In this document: in pieces, positions 46,768-57,364 of the stretch | Layout: every line of letters starts with the position of its first letter | Numbering within the stretch: position 1 is the first letter of the stretch | DNA from: Candidatus Eiseniibacteriota bacterium | Lineage (GTDB): Bacteria; Eisenbacteria; RBG-16-71-46; CAVPCR01 | Length of the DNA: 64,000 nt | Assembly (NCBI GenBank): GCA_963823555.1 | Contig: CAWGMA010000001.1 | Span: 160,001-224,000, forward strand | Direction: 5' to 3' | The notes under the pieces: model-generated | Seen by the model: only the letters and a program-made list of their open reading frames with translations | Told to the model about the DNA's origin: nothing | Databases searched by the model: none | Translations under genes and position numbers: made by a program

Positions 46768-48135
46768 ATGTCCGGATCGCGCGAGCCCGAGGCTACGTAT
46801 CGTCGCCGGCGTCTCGCCGGGCTGGTCCTGGTGCTCGCTCTCTTGACGCTGGTCGTCAATGGCAGCCAATGGCTGGAGCACCGGCGACTGAGCGAGCGAC
46901 TCGCCGCCGAGCTCGGGGATCACCTCGTCGCCATCGCCCAGGTGGCGGCGGCGGGGGTGGATGGCGACATGCTGCAACGCTGGCGGGACTGGGGAATCAA
47001 CCCCGACGAGGCTGATCGTCTCCGCAGTTACCTGGCCTCGGTGCGAGCCCAGGAGGCGCTATCGGATCTGTTCCTGCTCGATCCGCACGACCCCCTGGGA
47101 CGACCGCTCCTCGATCCCGCTGACGAGGTGGGTACCGAGGAGGCCAACCCGGCGCTGGCGCTCGATCGGGCCACACTCGCCCTGGCGGCGGAGGGAATCG
47201 CCGCGGCCACGCCTCTCTACACCGCACCGGGCGGCGCTTACTTGAAGACCGGCTATGCTCCGATCCTCGCTGACGACGGGCGGGTCACCGGCATTCTTGG
47301 CGTTGAGGGCTCGTCCACTCTGTTCGCCGTACTCGGCGAAGTGCGGCGCACCCTGATTGCCGTTTCGGCTGCGAGCATTCTCGCGGTCGTCGTGCTGGGG
47401 TTTCTCCTGGTCCGCATCGCGGAATCCCTGGCTCGGGCGGAGCGTGAGCTCTTGCGCGCGGAGGCGCTCTCGTCCATGGGACGGATGACGGCCGGCATCG
47501 CCCACGAGATCCGCAATCCGCTTGGCATCATCCGCGCCACCGCGGAGCGTCTGGCCCGGCGCTACGGGCCCAAGGATGCGAGCGATCCTCTCTTCGCCTC
47601 GATCCCGGAAGAGGTGGATCGGCTGAACGCGATCCTCTCCGGCTATCTGAGCTTCGCGGCGGAACGTCCCGGCGAGCTGGTTCCGCTGGACCTGGTCCAG
47701 GTGGTTCGACACACTCTCGAGCTGGATCGAGGCGAACTCGAGCGTTCGGGTGTCGTCGTCGAGACCCACTTCGCCCTCGAATCGGCCGTCATCCGCGGTG
47801 ACGCGGGACGGCTGCGGCAGGTGTTGTTGAACCTGATCCTGAACGCCAGGAATGCGATGGCCCGGGGCGGGCGGCTCGAGATCTCGATTGATCCCGTGTC
47901 CGACCGGCGTGCCGTCCGGCTCTGCGTGACTGACAATGGGAGCGGCATCCCCAAGAACCAGCTCGAGGACGTGTGGCGTCCCTTCTTCACTTCCCGCTCT
48001 GATGGGTCGGGACTCGGGCTCTCCATTGTCCGCCGCATCGTGGTCGAGCACGGAGGCACCATCGACCTCGATTCGGCTGAAGGGCGTGGAACCACGATCA
48101 CCCTGGTCTTCCCGCGCGCCGAGGCCGGGGCGTGA
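46768..48135 (+). CDS. Sensor histidine kinase
   Basis: Two TM segments, AHEIRNPLG, NLILNA, DNGSG and GSGLGL. Confidence 0.9.
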   Translation: MSGSREPEATYRRRRLAGLVLVLALLTLVVNGSQWLEHRRLSERLAAELGDHLVAIAQVAAAGVDGDMLQRWRDWGINPDEADRLRSYLASVRAQEALSDLFLLDPHDPLGRPLLDPADEVGTEEANPALALDRATLALAAEGIAAATPLYTAPGGAYLKTGYAPILADDGRVTGILGVEGSSTLFAVLGEVRRTLIAVSAASILAVVVLGFLLVRIAESLARAERELLRAEALSSMGRMTAGIAHEIRNPLGIIRATAERLARRYGPKDASDPLFASIPEEVDRLNAILSGYLSFAAERPGELVPLDLVQVVRHTLELDRGELERSGVVVETHFALESAVIRGDAGRLRQVLLNLILNARNAMARGGRLEISIDPVSDRRAVRLCVTDNGSGIPKNQLEDVWRPFFTSRSDGSGLGLSIVRRIVVEHGGTIDLDSAEGRGTTITLVFPRAEAGA

Positions 48136-48154
48136 TGTGGCAAGGAGGCTCGCC

Positions 48155-49531
<1,377 letters not shown>

Positions 49532-49710
49532 CCCCGAGCCGGGGCCAGACCCCGAGGGCGGCCCGATGGAGGTGACTTGCTGGCTCCTTGGACTGGCTGA
49601 GATGTGGACGAAGGCGTACACCGGCGTCCCCCTGGGGGCAGACGGCTTTCCTGCCCAATCGGAAGCCGCCGTAACGTGTTGCGGGGAGCGGTCCACTTCC
49701 TTCAACGCCG

Positions 49711-49726
49711 CGGCACTCGGCTTGCT
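49711..49726 (+). promoter_or_regulatory. Sigma54 promoter
   Basis: CGGCACTCGGCTTGCT (GGCAC-N5-TTGC); TGT-N12-ACA at about 49604-49621 upstream. Confidence 0.65.
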
Positions 49727-49788
49727 CTGTCCATGAGCGGGCCGGTATCCGGGCTGGTAGGGGGGCTCGGGGCCCAGGAGTGGAACCC

Positions 49789-50874
49789 ATGCGCCGTAGA
49801 AGCATAGATTGGGCCCGGCTGGCCGCCGGCAGCCTGCTAGCAGGAGCCCTCATCCTGGCCGCCCCCGCCGCAGGTCAAGGCATGGATCCTCGTGACCGGC
49901 TGGCGCGCGAGATCGAGACCACCGACCAGGTCATCGCCGACGCGCGCGCCATCGTCGGAGCATCGGAGAGCTCGCGAGCACGCGAGATCCTGCCCCGGGC
50001 CGTCGAGATGCAGGAGCTGGCCCACCGCCAGTTCATGCGCTGCGGGATGGATAACCTGACCGCCTGCGAGGGAGCGGCGCGCGCCACCACCCGGGCCCGG
50101 CGTGAAGCCCGCCGCGCCATCCAGATCGCGCGCAGCGAGTCCGGGCTCGATGTCGAAGTGGCGCATGCGATCGAACGAGCTGCCGGCGTGATCACGGAAG
50201 CGCAGGTGGTCATCGGTGGCCAGGGCCATGAGGTGGCCGAGCAGCGGCTCGCGGAGGCGCGCACCAAGCTCGAGCGCGCCCGCGAACAACACCGCGCGCG
50301 TCAGTTCCGGATCGCCCTCAATCTCGCTCGTGCGGCCGAGCGCGAGGCGCGTGAGGTCGCCGGCCTCGGTCGCATCGATCGGGTCCGTCCCGAACGCCTC
50401 CAGATCGAACTGGAGCGGACCGACCGCCTGCTCGAGCGCACCGCTCCCGGCATCCGGGAAAGCCAGAACGAGCGCGCGATCCGTGAGCTCGAGCGAGCCA
50501 TCATGCTCCAACAGCGGGGGCGCGCGCACTTCGTGGCCGGCCGGCCGGCGGCTGCCGTTCGCTTCACCCGTGAGGCCCGAGATGCCGTGCACGGAGCGCT
50601 GCTCCTCGTCGAGGAGCCGGTCGATTCCGATCAGGTCGAACGGGCTCTGAGTCAGACCGATGCGCTCATCGAACGCGTCGCCAGCGTGGTGCGCGAGAGT
50701 GGCCGGGACGAGGCCTTTCGCCTCCTCGATGCGGCCCGCGAGCATCAGCGGCGTGCCCGCGAGCTCCTGGGCGCAGGACAGCGCAATATGGCGCTCGCCG
50801 AAACTCGCATCGCTCGCAATCTGGCGCTTGAGGCCGAGGACCTGGTTCAGCTCGAGGGGGAGCTAGGTGGTTAG
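49789..50874 (+). CDS. Secreted alpha-helical repeat protein
   Basis: Signal peptide; four ~75-80-aa helical repeats. Confidence 0.75.
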   Translation: MRRRSIDWARLAAGSLLAGALILAAPAAGQGMDPRDRLAREIETTDQVIADARAIVGASESSRAREILPRAVEMQELAHRQFMRCGMDNLTACEGAARATTRARREARRAIQIARSESGLDVEVAHAIERAAGVITEAQVVIGGQGHEVAEQRLAEARTKLERAREQHRARQFRIALNLARAAEREAREVAGLGRIDRVRPERLQIELERTDRLLERTAPGIRESQNERAIRELERAIMLQQRGRAHFVAGRPAAAVRFTREARDAVHGALLLVEEPVDSDQVERALSQTDALIERVASVVRESGRDEAFRLLDAAREHQRRARELLGAGQRNMALAETRIARNLALEAEDLVQLEGELGG

Positions 50875-50926
50875 TCCGCGGCCAGGCGCGGCAGCGGACA
50901 GGACGCGGGGATTCGGGGTTCTCAGG

Positions 50927-52189
50927 ATGAGGCTCTGCATCGTTGCCGGCTTGCTCGTGCTGCTGGCAGCAGGCGGCGGCACGGGACGAGCGTCCGATCG
51001 ACTCAGCGCCACGCTGGCTGTCGGGTTCGATTCGTTCAGCGAGAAGTACTCGATCGTGGAAGCCGATACTCTCGCTTACGCGAACGAGATCAACTCGACG
51101 CTTGGAGTCTCCTACCGCGCGCCTATCAAGGGGACCGGGGTCCTCCTCGCTGCCGATGAGTTTTCGGCATCGACGGCGGCGCTCCGCAACCGACTCACGC
51201 TTGGTCTCGATCTACCCCGGCGTCAGGATGATCGCCTCACGATGGGCAACACGCTGACCCTGCGCCGCTACTTTGCTCGTGACCGTGATGATGAGCTCGC
51301 CCTGCCGTCCGATCACATCGAAGATGAGGCCGAGGTGCGCTATCGTGCCCGGCTCACGGATCACGTCACGATGGCGGTTCGCGACCGCTTCGACCTGGTG
51401 GACTATCGAACGCAGACTCCGTATGAGCTGGATTCCTACCGCAACCGCATCGGAGGCGAGGCCGTGATCGAGCCAGAGCCCATGTCGCGCCTGGCGATTG
51501 CCTATGACTTCGCCCGGCAAGCCGTCCCCGACTCGAGCGCCATCGATTATGGCGAGCACGACCTGCTCGCCGACTTGTGGCAAGGGCTCGGGTATCGTCA
51601 CGATCTCGAGCTCCACGGCGAGCTTGTCCGCCGGAGCTACCGCGATGAGACTTCTCGGCCGGGCTACTACCTCTTCGGAGCGGGAGGTCGGCTTGCCTCC
51701 CGTCTGGGCGAACGCTGGACGCTGGCGCCCCGCGCCGAGATCGAGGCCACGAGTGTCGACATTCCCAGCGATGTCTATTACAGCGGGCTGTTGACCCGCT
51801 TCGGCATCGACCTCGCCATCGCCGCGACGCCGGAGTTGACGGTCGGCCTCGAGCCGCGGGGCGCTCTGCTGCGCGCGGATGCGGCTGCGGGAGAGGACTA
51901 CGACGAGCTCTCCGTGGCCTGGCACGGAGAGTGGTTTCGCCTCGGGCGAGCTTGGATCCAGGGTGCCCTCGATTTCGGCTATCGAGATTACCGTGCCCTG
52001 ACCACGGCGCCCCTGGACGGGCTCTATTCCGATTACCGGTTCTTCCGCATCAACACGATCGGTGCCATCGAGTTCGACGAGCGCACCACCTTCAACTTCT
52101 ATGTGAGCTTCGAACCCGAGAGGCACGACGTCGAGAGTGACGATGCCACGATCATCCTGGTCTCGACCGATCTCGCCTACCGCTTCTAG
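50927..52189 (+). CDS. Putative outer-membrane beta-barrel protein
   Basis: Signal peptide, alternating beta-strand pattern and C-terminal AYRF; start 50867 or 50927. Confidence 0.7.
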   Translation: MRLCIVAGLLVLLAAGGGTGRASDRLSATLAVGFDSFSEKYSIVEADTLAYANEINSTLGVSYRAPIKGTGVLLAADEFSASTAALRNRLTLGLDLPRRQDDRLTMGNTLTLRRYFARDRDDELALPSDHIEDEAEVRYRARLTDHVTMAVRDRFDLVDYRTQTPYELDSYRNRIGGEAVIEPEPMSRLAIAYDFARQAVPDSSAIDYGEHDLLADLWQGLGYRHDLELHGELVRRSYRDETSRPGYYLFGAGGRLASRLGERWTLAPRAEIEATSVDIPSDVYYSGLLTRFGIDLAIAATPELTVGLEPRGALLRADAAAGEDYDELSVAWHGEWFRLGRAWIQGALDFGYRDYRALTTAPLDGLYSDYRFFRINTIGAIEFDERTTFNFYVSFEPERHDVESDDATIILVSTDLAYRF

Positions 52190-52193
52190 GCTC

Positions 52194-52991
52194 CTAGCGG
52201 GTGAAACGCTCGAGATGGAGTCGGCCGGACTCGACCCGCAAGTAAGTGTGACTGTCCACCCAGTCACCGAGAATGACCATGGCCTTGGCCCCCTCCTCGC
52301 GAAGTGTCGGCAGGTGGACATGCCCGAGCACGACGACGTCGTGTCCGGCCGCGAACGCGGGCCTGGCGACCTCCTCGAACATGCGATCAGCCAGACGAGG
52401 GTCCGTGATCTGGCTTTCCCGTGAGGCGTGTGAGGAGAGGGTGGCCAAGCGGATACCGAGGTCGGGATGAATGAGACGGTAGAGGCCGATGGCGAGGGGA
52501 TTCCTGAGCACCTGCTTGAGTAGCTTGTAGCCACGGTCGCCGGATCCCAGGCCGTCGCCGTGGGCGATGTAGAATCGGCGCCCCTGGACGGTCCGGGTCA
52601 GGGCGCCGTCGGCGACCTCGAGGCCGATCTCCTCGCGGAGGAAGGGCAGCGCCCAGAAGTCGTGGTTTCCCCCGATGAACGTGATCGGCATCCCCTGCCG
52701 CCGCAGAGCATGGAGCGCAGAGAGGACGGCAAATCCGCCTCGGGGAATGGCCCGGCGGTAGGCGAACCAGAAATCGAAGAGGTCGCCCACGATGACGAGG
52801 CTGTCACTGGCCGCGTCGAGGCCGTCGAGGAAGCGGACCACCCGGGCCTCCCGCCTTCGCTCGGTCGGGGTGCCGTCGAGTCCGAGGTGGCAGTCGGACA
52901 TGAAGTAGGCTCTGCGCGCCTCCGTTCCGGATCCGGCTGACAGTCTCGATCCGCCAGGTCGCGTCTCCGCATTTATATTGTTATTTGACAA
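52194..52991 (-). CDS. lpxH: UDP-2,3-diacylglucosamine diphosphatase (LpxH-like metallophosphoesterase)
   Basis: SDCHLG, GDLFDFW, GNHD, HGD and GHVH; start uncertain. Confidence 0.75.
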   Translation of the reverse strand: MSNNNINAETRPGGSRLSAGSGTEARRAYFMSDCHLGLDGTPTERRREARVVRFLDGLDAASDSLVIVGDLFDFWFAYRRAIPRGGFAVLSALHALRRQGMPITFIGGNHDFWALPFLREEIGLEVADGALTRTVQGRRFYIAHGDGLGSGDRGYKLLKQVLRNPLAIGLYRLIHPDLGIRLATLSSHASRESQITDPRLADRMFEEVARPAFAAGHDVVVLGHVHLPTLREEGAKAMVILGDWVDSHTYLRVESGRLHLERFTR

Positions 52992-53318
52992 TGGCTTATA
53001 ATTATCGAGAGAATGGTGAGTGGGTCCGGATGGTCCAACTCAAGTCAGGCCCAGGTTCATCTCCGGATGTGCCGATCATACCGAAGGGAACCTGGAACCG
53101 GCAGGGGGGGTGTTTGGGCTCTCTGCCCCAGCCGCTCGCCAGGTTGACAGGTCCGAGGCAGTCGATTACCGTTCAGAGGTTATCGACTCCCGCTTAAGTC
53201 GGCCTCGGCGCGATGTTTGCTGTATCGGGCGCCCCCGCCCGCAGCTCGGATGACCGGGCTGGAACGTTCGCTCGGCATGGACGCTCGGATGTTCCTGGGT
53301 ATTTCGGAGGTCTGAGTA

Positions 53319-54266
53319 TTGAACAAGCAGCCACCGGAGGAGCAAGGCTTCACCGTCCTCATCGTGCCGGATTCGGGCCAGACCCCCATCCGCAGCATCA
53401 GGCTAAGACCGTCTATCGTGCGCCGTGCGCTCCTCGTGGTGGTGCTCTTCCTCTTCGGGTTCGTGTCCGCCACGCTGCTCTGGCCCTCCGGGCTCGTCCG
53501 GGGCATCGGTCTGGTCAGCCTCGCCAAGGAGAACGCTCTTCTGAAGCAACGAGTCCAGGCTCTCGACGACGACCTCGATCGCTTGCGCCGCCGACTGGGC
53601 GAAAGCGCCCTGCTCGAGGAGCGGCTGCGGGTGCTTGCGGATCTCCCGCCGATCGATCCCGAAATGCGGCAGATGGGCGTCGGAGGACCCGATTTCACGA
53701 CGAACGACCCGCTCCTGGTGGTGGATCCCGAAGGTGCGGCGGTCACCAGCAGGGCGGCACGCAGCGTCGATGAGCTGCTGCGGCAGGCCGAGCTGCATCG
53801 CCACAGTTTCCTCGAGATCGCGGCCAGCCTCGAGCAGAAGAAGGACTACTGGTCGCGAGTGCCGTCGGTTTCTCCCGTGCCGGGCGGTGGCTACACCTCA
53901 GGTTTTGGGATGCGCGTCGATCCGTTCACCGAGGTCGATGCCTTCCACCGCGGCCTCGATGTCTCGGCGCCCCGCGGCACGCCCATTCATTCCACGGCCG
54001 CCGGCCGCGTGGTCTTCGCCGGAAGCCGATCCGGATACGGGCGTACCGTGCGCATCGACCATGGTCATGGCCTCGAGACCGTGTACGCTCATGTCCTGGA
54101 CATCAAGGTGAAGACCGGACAACGGGTCACCCGCGGCCAGGAGATTGCGCACGTCGGCACCAGTGGACGCGCCACAGCTCCGCACGTGCACTACGAGGTG
54201 TGGGTGAACGGCCGCCCGGTCAATCCAAGGACCTACATTCTTCCAGTCGGGGAGGTCGTCGACTAG
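53319..54266 (+). CDS. M23 family metallopeptidase with TM and coiled coil
   Basis: FHRGLD, YAH and GRATAPHVHYEV; GGAGGT + TTG start. Confidence 0.9.
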   Translation: MNKQPPEEQGFTVLIVPDSGQTPIRSIRLRPSIVRRALLVVVLFLFGFVSATLLWPSGLVRGIGLVSLAKENALLKQRVQALDDDLDRLRRRLGESALLEERLRVLADLPPIDPEMRQMGVGGPDFTTNDPLLVVDPEGAAVTSRAARSVDELLRQAELHRHSFLEIAASLEQKKDYWSRVPSVSPVPGGGYTSGFGMRVDPFTEVDAFHRGLDVSAPRGTPIHSTAAGRVVFAGSRSGYGRTVRIDHGHGLETVYAHVLDIKVKTGQRVTRGQEIAHVGTSGRATAPHVHYEVWVNGRPVNPRTYILPVGEVVD

Positions 54267-54403
54267 CCGGTCGGCGCCGGCCCGGGGTGCGAAGGCGCTC
54301 CGGCCGACCAGAGATCGATCCACCTTTCAGCCGGGCTGCCCCACCGGCTCACCAGACGGTGACCATGCTTCTCCCCACGGTCCAGCCGGTCCGCCTGAGC
54401 GCC

Positions 54404-55798
54404 ATGTCGCTCGAGCATCCCCTGTCTTTGCGGCTTGCGCTCGTCCTGATCGTGGTCGTCATGCTCGCCCCGCCGCCGGCGCACGCCGGAGGGCTGACGG
54501 TCGAGGCTATCCGGTCATGGAGCGGTCCGGATCACACCCGTGTTGTCCTCGACATCAGCGGGGCTCCTGCGTTCCGCAAGTCGGAGACCGAGGAACCCCC
54601 TTGTCTCATTCTCGAGCTCGTGGGGACGCGTTTCGGACCCAAGGTCGCAACGGACGGCATTGCCGATGCGCGTATCCTGGCCGTGCGGTTGCTCCCCGCC
54701 GACAAGCTGCCCGCCCAGGTCGTGTTCGATCTGGCCGGTCGCCGGGCGGTCAAGGTGTTCACGCTACCACCGGGCGGAGGGAAGCCACACCGCGTGGTCA
54801 TCGATGTCCTCGGTCCTTTGCCCAGGTCCGTGGCCGGGACGTCGGCGGCAAGGGACGGCGCGAAGCCTTCTCCTGAACGGCAGGATGAGAAGCCGGCCCC
54901 GGCGGCACCGGCTCGCACGGTCACCGAGAAGCCGGCGAAGCAACCTCCTTTGGTCTCTGCTCCCGACGTGAAGCCGGCTCCGCCCGCGACCGCCGCCGCT
55001 CCCGAGGCGAAGCCGGCCGTCCCTGACCGCCCCTGGGTGATCGTCCTGGATCCAGGGCACGGCGGGCACGATCCGGGGGCGAGGGGGCCCGGGGGGTTGC
55101 GCGAGAAGGACATCTGCCTTGCCCTGGCGAAAGTACTGGCCGCCGATCTCAACCGCCGCCCGGGCTACACGGTTCATTTGACGCGCGACAAGGATGTCTT
55201 CCTCCACCTTCGCGAGCGGACGCGAATCGCCGCCGAGAAGAAGGCCGATCTCTTCGTATCGATCCACTGCAACTCGAGCCCGTCGAAGAAAGCGCGGGGG
55301 ACCGAGGTCTTCTTCCTCTCGCTCAGGGGAGCGAGTGACGAGTCGGCGCGGGAAGTGGCTATGAGAGAGAACGCCGCCGACCACATCGAGGGCGTGCCGG
55401 TGGAATCCCAGGAGGAGATCGAGGACATCCTGGTGGATCTGCTCCAGACGTCGGCCCTGGAGCGATCCAGCGAGCTTGCGGCGACCATCGTAGAGAGGCT
55501 CCGCGAGGACAAGAACCTCGAGCTTCGTGGCGTCAAGCAGGCGGGGTTCGATGTCCTCAAGACGGCAGGGATGCCGTCCGTCCTGGTCGAAGCCGCCTTC
55601 ATCTCCCATCAGAAAGAATCGAAGCTGCTGAAGAGCAGCGACTTCCAGCGCCGGTTCGCTCGTCTCGTGAGCAGCGGTATCGCCGAGTTCCTGGATCGGG
55701 CGGCGGCTACCGAAGCTCCTGCTTCGGCAGCGAGAGGCGCTGGTGGCCTGCCGGCCGCCGTCACGCCGACGGCGGCTCGCGCGCCGGCCGGAAGCTAG
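54404..55798 (+). CDS. N-acetylmuramoyl-L-alanine amidase (AMIN + Amidase_3, AmiC-like)
   Basis: TRVVLD, DPGHGGHDPGA, EKDICL, SIHCN and PSVLVE; start 54365 or 54404. Confidence 0.9.
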   Translation: MSLEHPLSLRLALVLIVVVMLAPPPAHAGGLTVEAIRSWSGPDHTRVVLDISGAPAFRKSETEEPPCLILELVGTRFGPKVATDGIADARILAVRLLPADKLPAQVVFDLAGRRAVKVFTLPPGGGKPHRVVIDVLGPLPRSVAGTSAARDGAKPSPERQDEKPAPAAPARTVTEKPAKQPPLVSAPDVKPAPPATAAAPEAKPAVPDRPWVIVLDPGHGGHDPGARGPGGLREKDICLALAKVLAADLNRRPGYTVHLTRDKDVFLHLRERTRIAAEKKADLFVSIHCNSSPSKKARGTEVFFLSLRGASDESAREVAMRENAADHIEGVPVESQEEIEDILVDLLQTSALERSSELAATIVERLREDKNLELRGVKQAGFDVLKTAGMPSVLVEAAFISHQKESKLLKSSDFQRRFARLVSSGIAEFLDRAAATEAPASAARGAGGLPAAVTPTAARAPAGS

Positions 55799-55841
55799 AA
55801 AGGAACTCCCCGCCCGGATCGGGGCGGAGCGATGACCTGCC

Positions 55842-56393
55842 ATGGAGTGGCTCCTCGATCTCGACACCGCGCTCTTCCTTGCCCTGAACGGTGCCGTGGT
55901 CGCCCCATGGTACGAGGCCGTCATGCGCTTCCTGTCGGACGGCAATCTCGGGCGCTTTCTCTTCCTCTTCCTGGCTGCGGCCCTCGTGGTGCGTGATCGC
56001 AAGCGGGGTCTCTGGCTCCTGCTCGGCGCGGCCCTGACCATCACGTTCTCCGACCAGCTCTCCTCCCACCTCATCAAACCGTGGATCGAGCGCATCCGGC
56101 CCTGCAATGCCCTGGCTCCGTCGGACGTGGTGTTGCTCGTCGACCGGACCCGTTCCTTCTCCTTTCCCTCCTCGCATGCGGCGAACGGATTCGCCGGGGC
56201 CCTCTACTTCGCGAAATTCGTGCCGCAGCTCAGGGTCCCCCTCTTTCTTCTCGCCGCACTGATCGCCTTCTCGCGGATCGCCGTCGGCGTGCACTACCCG
56301 CTGGATGCGCTCGCTGGCGCCGCCCTGGGGCTTGGTTGCGCCCAGACCGTCCTCACGCTGATGAAGCGATCCGGAATCGGGACCCGTGGCTAG
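55842..56393 (+). CDS. PAP2 family phosphatase
   Basis: K..RIRP, SFPSSHA and SRIAVGVHYPLD. Confidence 0.9.
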   Translation: MEWLLDLDTALFLALNGAVVAPWYEAVMRFLSDGNLGRFLFLFLAAALVVRDRKRGLWLLLGAALTITFSDQLSSHLIKPWIERIRPCNALAPSDVVLLVDRTRSFSFPSSHAANGFAGALYFAKFVPQLRVPLFLLAALIAFSRIAVGVHYPLDALAGAALGLGCAQTVLTLMKRSGIGTRG

Positions 56394-57130
56394 CTGATGA
56401 GGTGAGCCAGGACCGCGGCCGTTGCTTGCAGGCGCCCGCCGCTGGCGTCGATCAGGCGCAGATGTTGCCTGAGGAATGCAAGATCTTGCGGCCGGTCGAT
56501 GTCGTACCAGGGACGGGTGGCCGTCACCCGAAGCCCGAGTTCGGCCGCACGATTCAGCGTTGCGGCGAGGAGCTCGGGGCTGCTCCACGGCATGCCGGTG
56601 AACAGCCCGGGCTCCGGCCGGGAGAGACCGATCAGGTAGTACCCGCCGTCGAGAGAGGGTCCGACGACGAGATCGGCCTGTTCGAGAGCGGCGAAGGCCG
56701 CCTCGACCTCCGCCCGGGGGAGATCGGGGTGATCGGCGCCGAGGAGGACCACGGGGCTCCCTGGAGGTCCCAGATCGGTGAAGGCGGCGGCCAGCCGCTC
56801 GCCCAGGTCGGCACCGCGCTGGGCGCGGACCGGCCATTCCGGCCACCTCGGCCAGTCCCTGGGGAGAGCCGCTCCGAGACGCCGGGGAGCGTCTGTGGCC
56901 TCGAGGTCGATATCGGGGGGCGCCCCGGCGAAGAGGAGGACGGTCTCGGCGGCAACGCCGGTGAGCTCCCGGCACAGATCCGCGATGAAGGCAGCGTAGA
57001 GCTGGGCCGCCTCCGCTGGCCGCAGAGGAGGGCTGAGCCGCGTCTTGACGCGACCCGCTGCCGGCCACTTCGCCATGAGGCCGAGAAAGCTGTCCGGACG
57101 CGACTGGACGGGCGATGAATGGACGACCAT
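56390..57130 (-). CDS. DUF2064 / TIGR04282-type CofC-like glycosyltransferase
   Basis: MAKWP.AGRVKTRL, QRGADLGERL, GPSLDGGYYLIG and DID. Confidence 0.8.
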   Translation of the reverse strand: MVVHSSPVQSRPDSFLGLMAKWPAAGRVKTRLSPPLRPAEAAQLYAAFIADLCRELTGVAAETVLLFAGAPPDIDLEATDAPRRLGAALPRDWPRWPEWPVRAQRGADLGERLAAAFTDLGPPGSPVVLLGADHPDLPRAEVEAAFAALEQADLVVGPSLDGGYYLIGLSRPEPGLFTGMPWSSPELLAATLNRAAELGLRVTATRPWYDIDRPQDLAFLRQHLRLIDASGGRLQATAAVLAHLIS

Positions 57131-57364
57131 CCAGCCGAGCCTAGCACGCTCATCTCAACCTGCATGGACACCTGGCCCATGTGATTGCTAGTCTTTCCTT
57201 GAATGTCGTGGATCCCCCCTGCCGATCTCCATCGCCCTTCGAATCCGCGCTCCACGGGTGCCATGGCCCAAGCTCCATATCGCTCCGATCCCGCCCAGAG
57301 TCATCGGCTGCGGCGGTCCTCCCGCACGCGGGCAAGGCCTGGCCGCGTGCAGAGATACCCTCGC

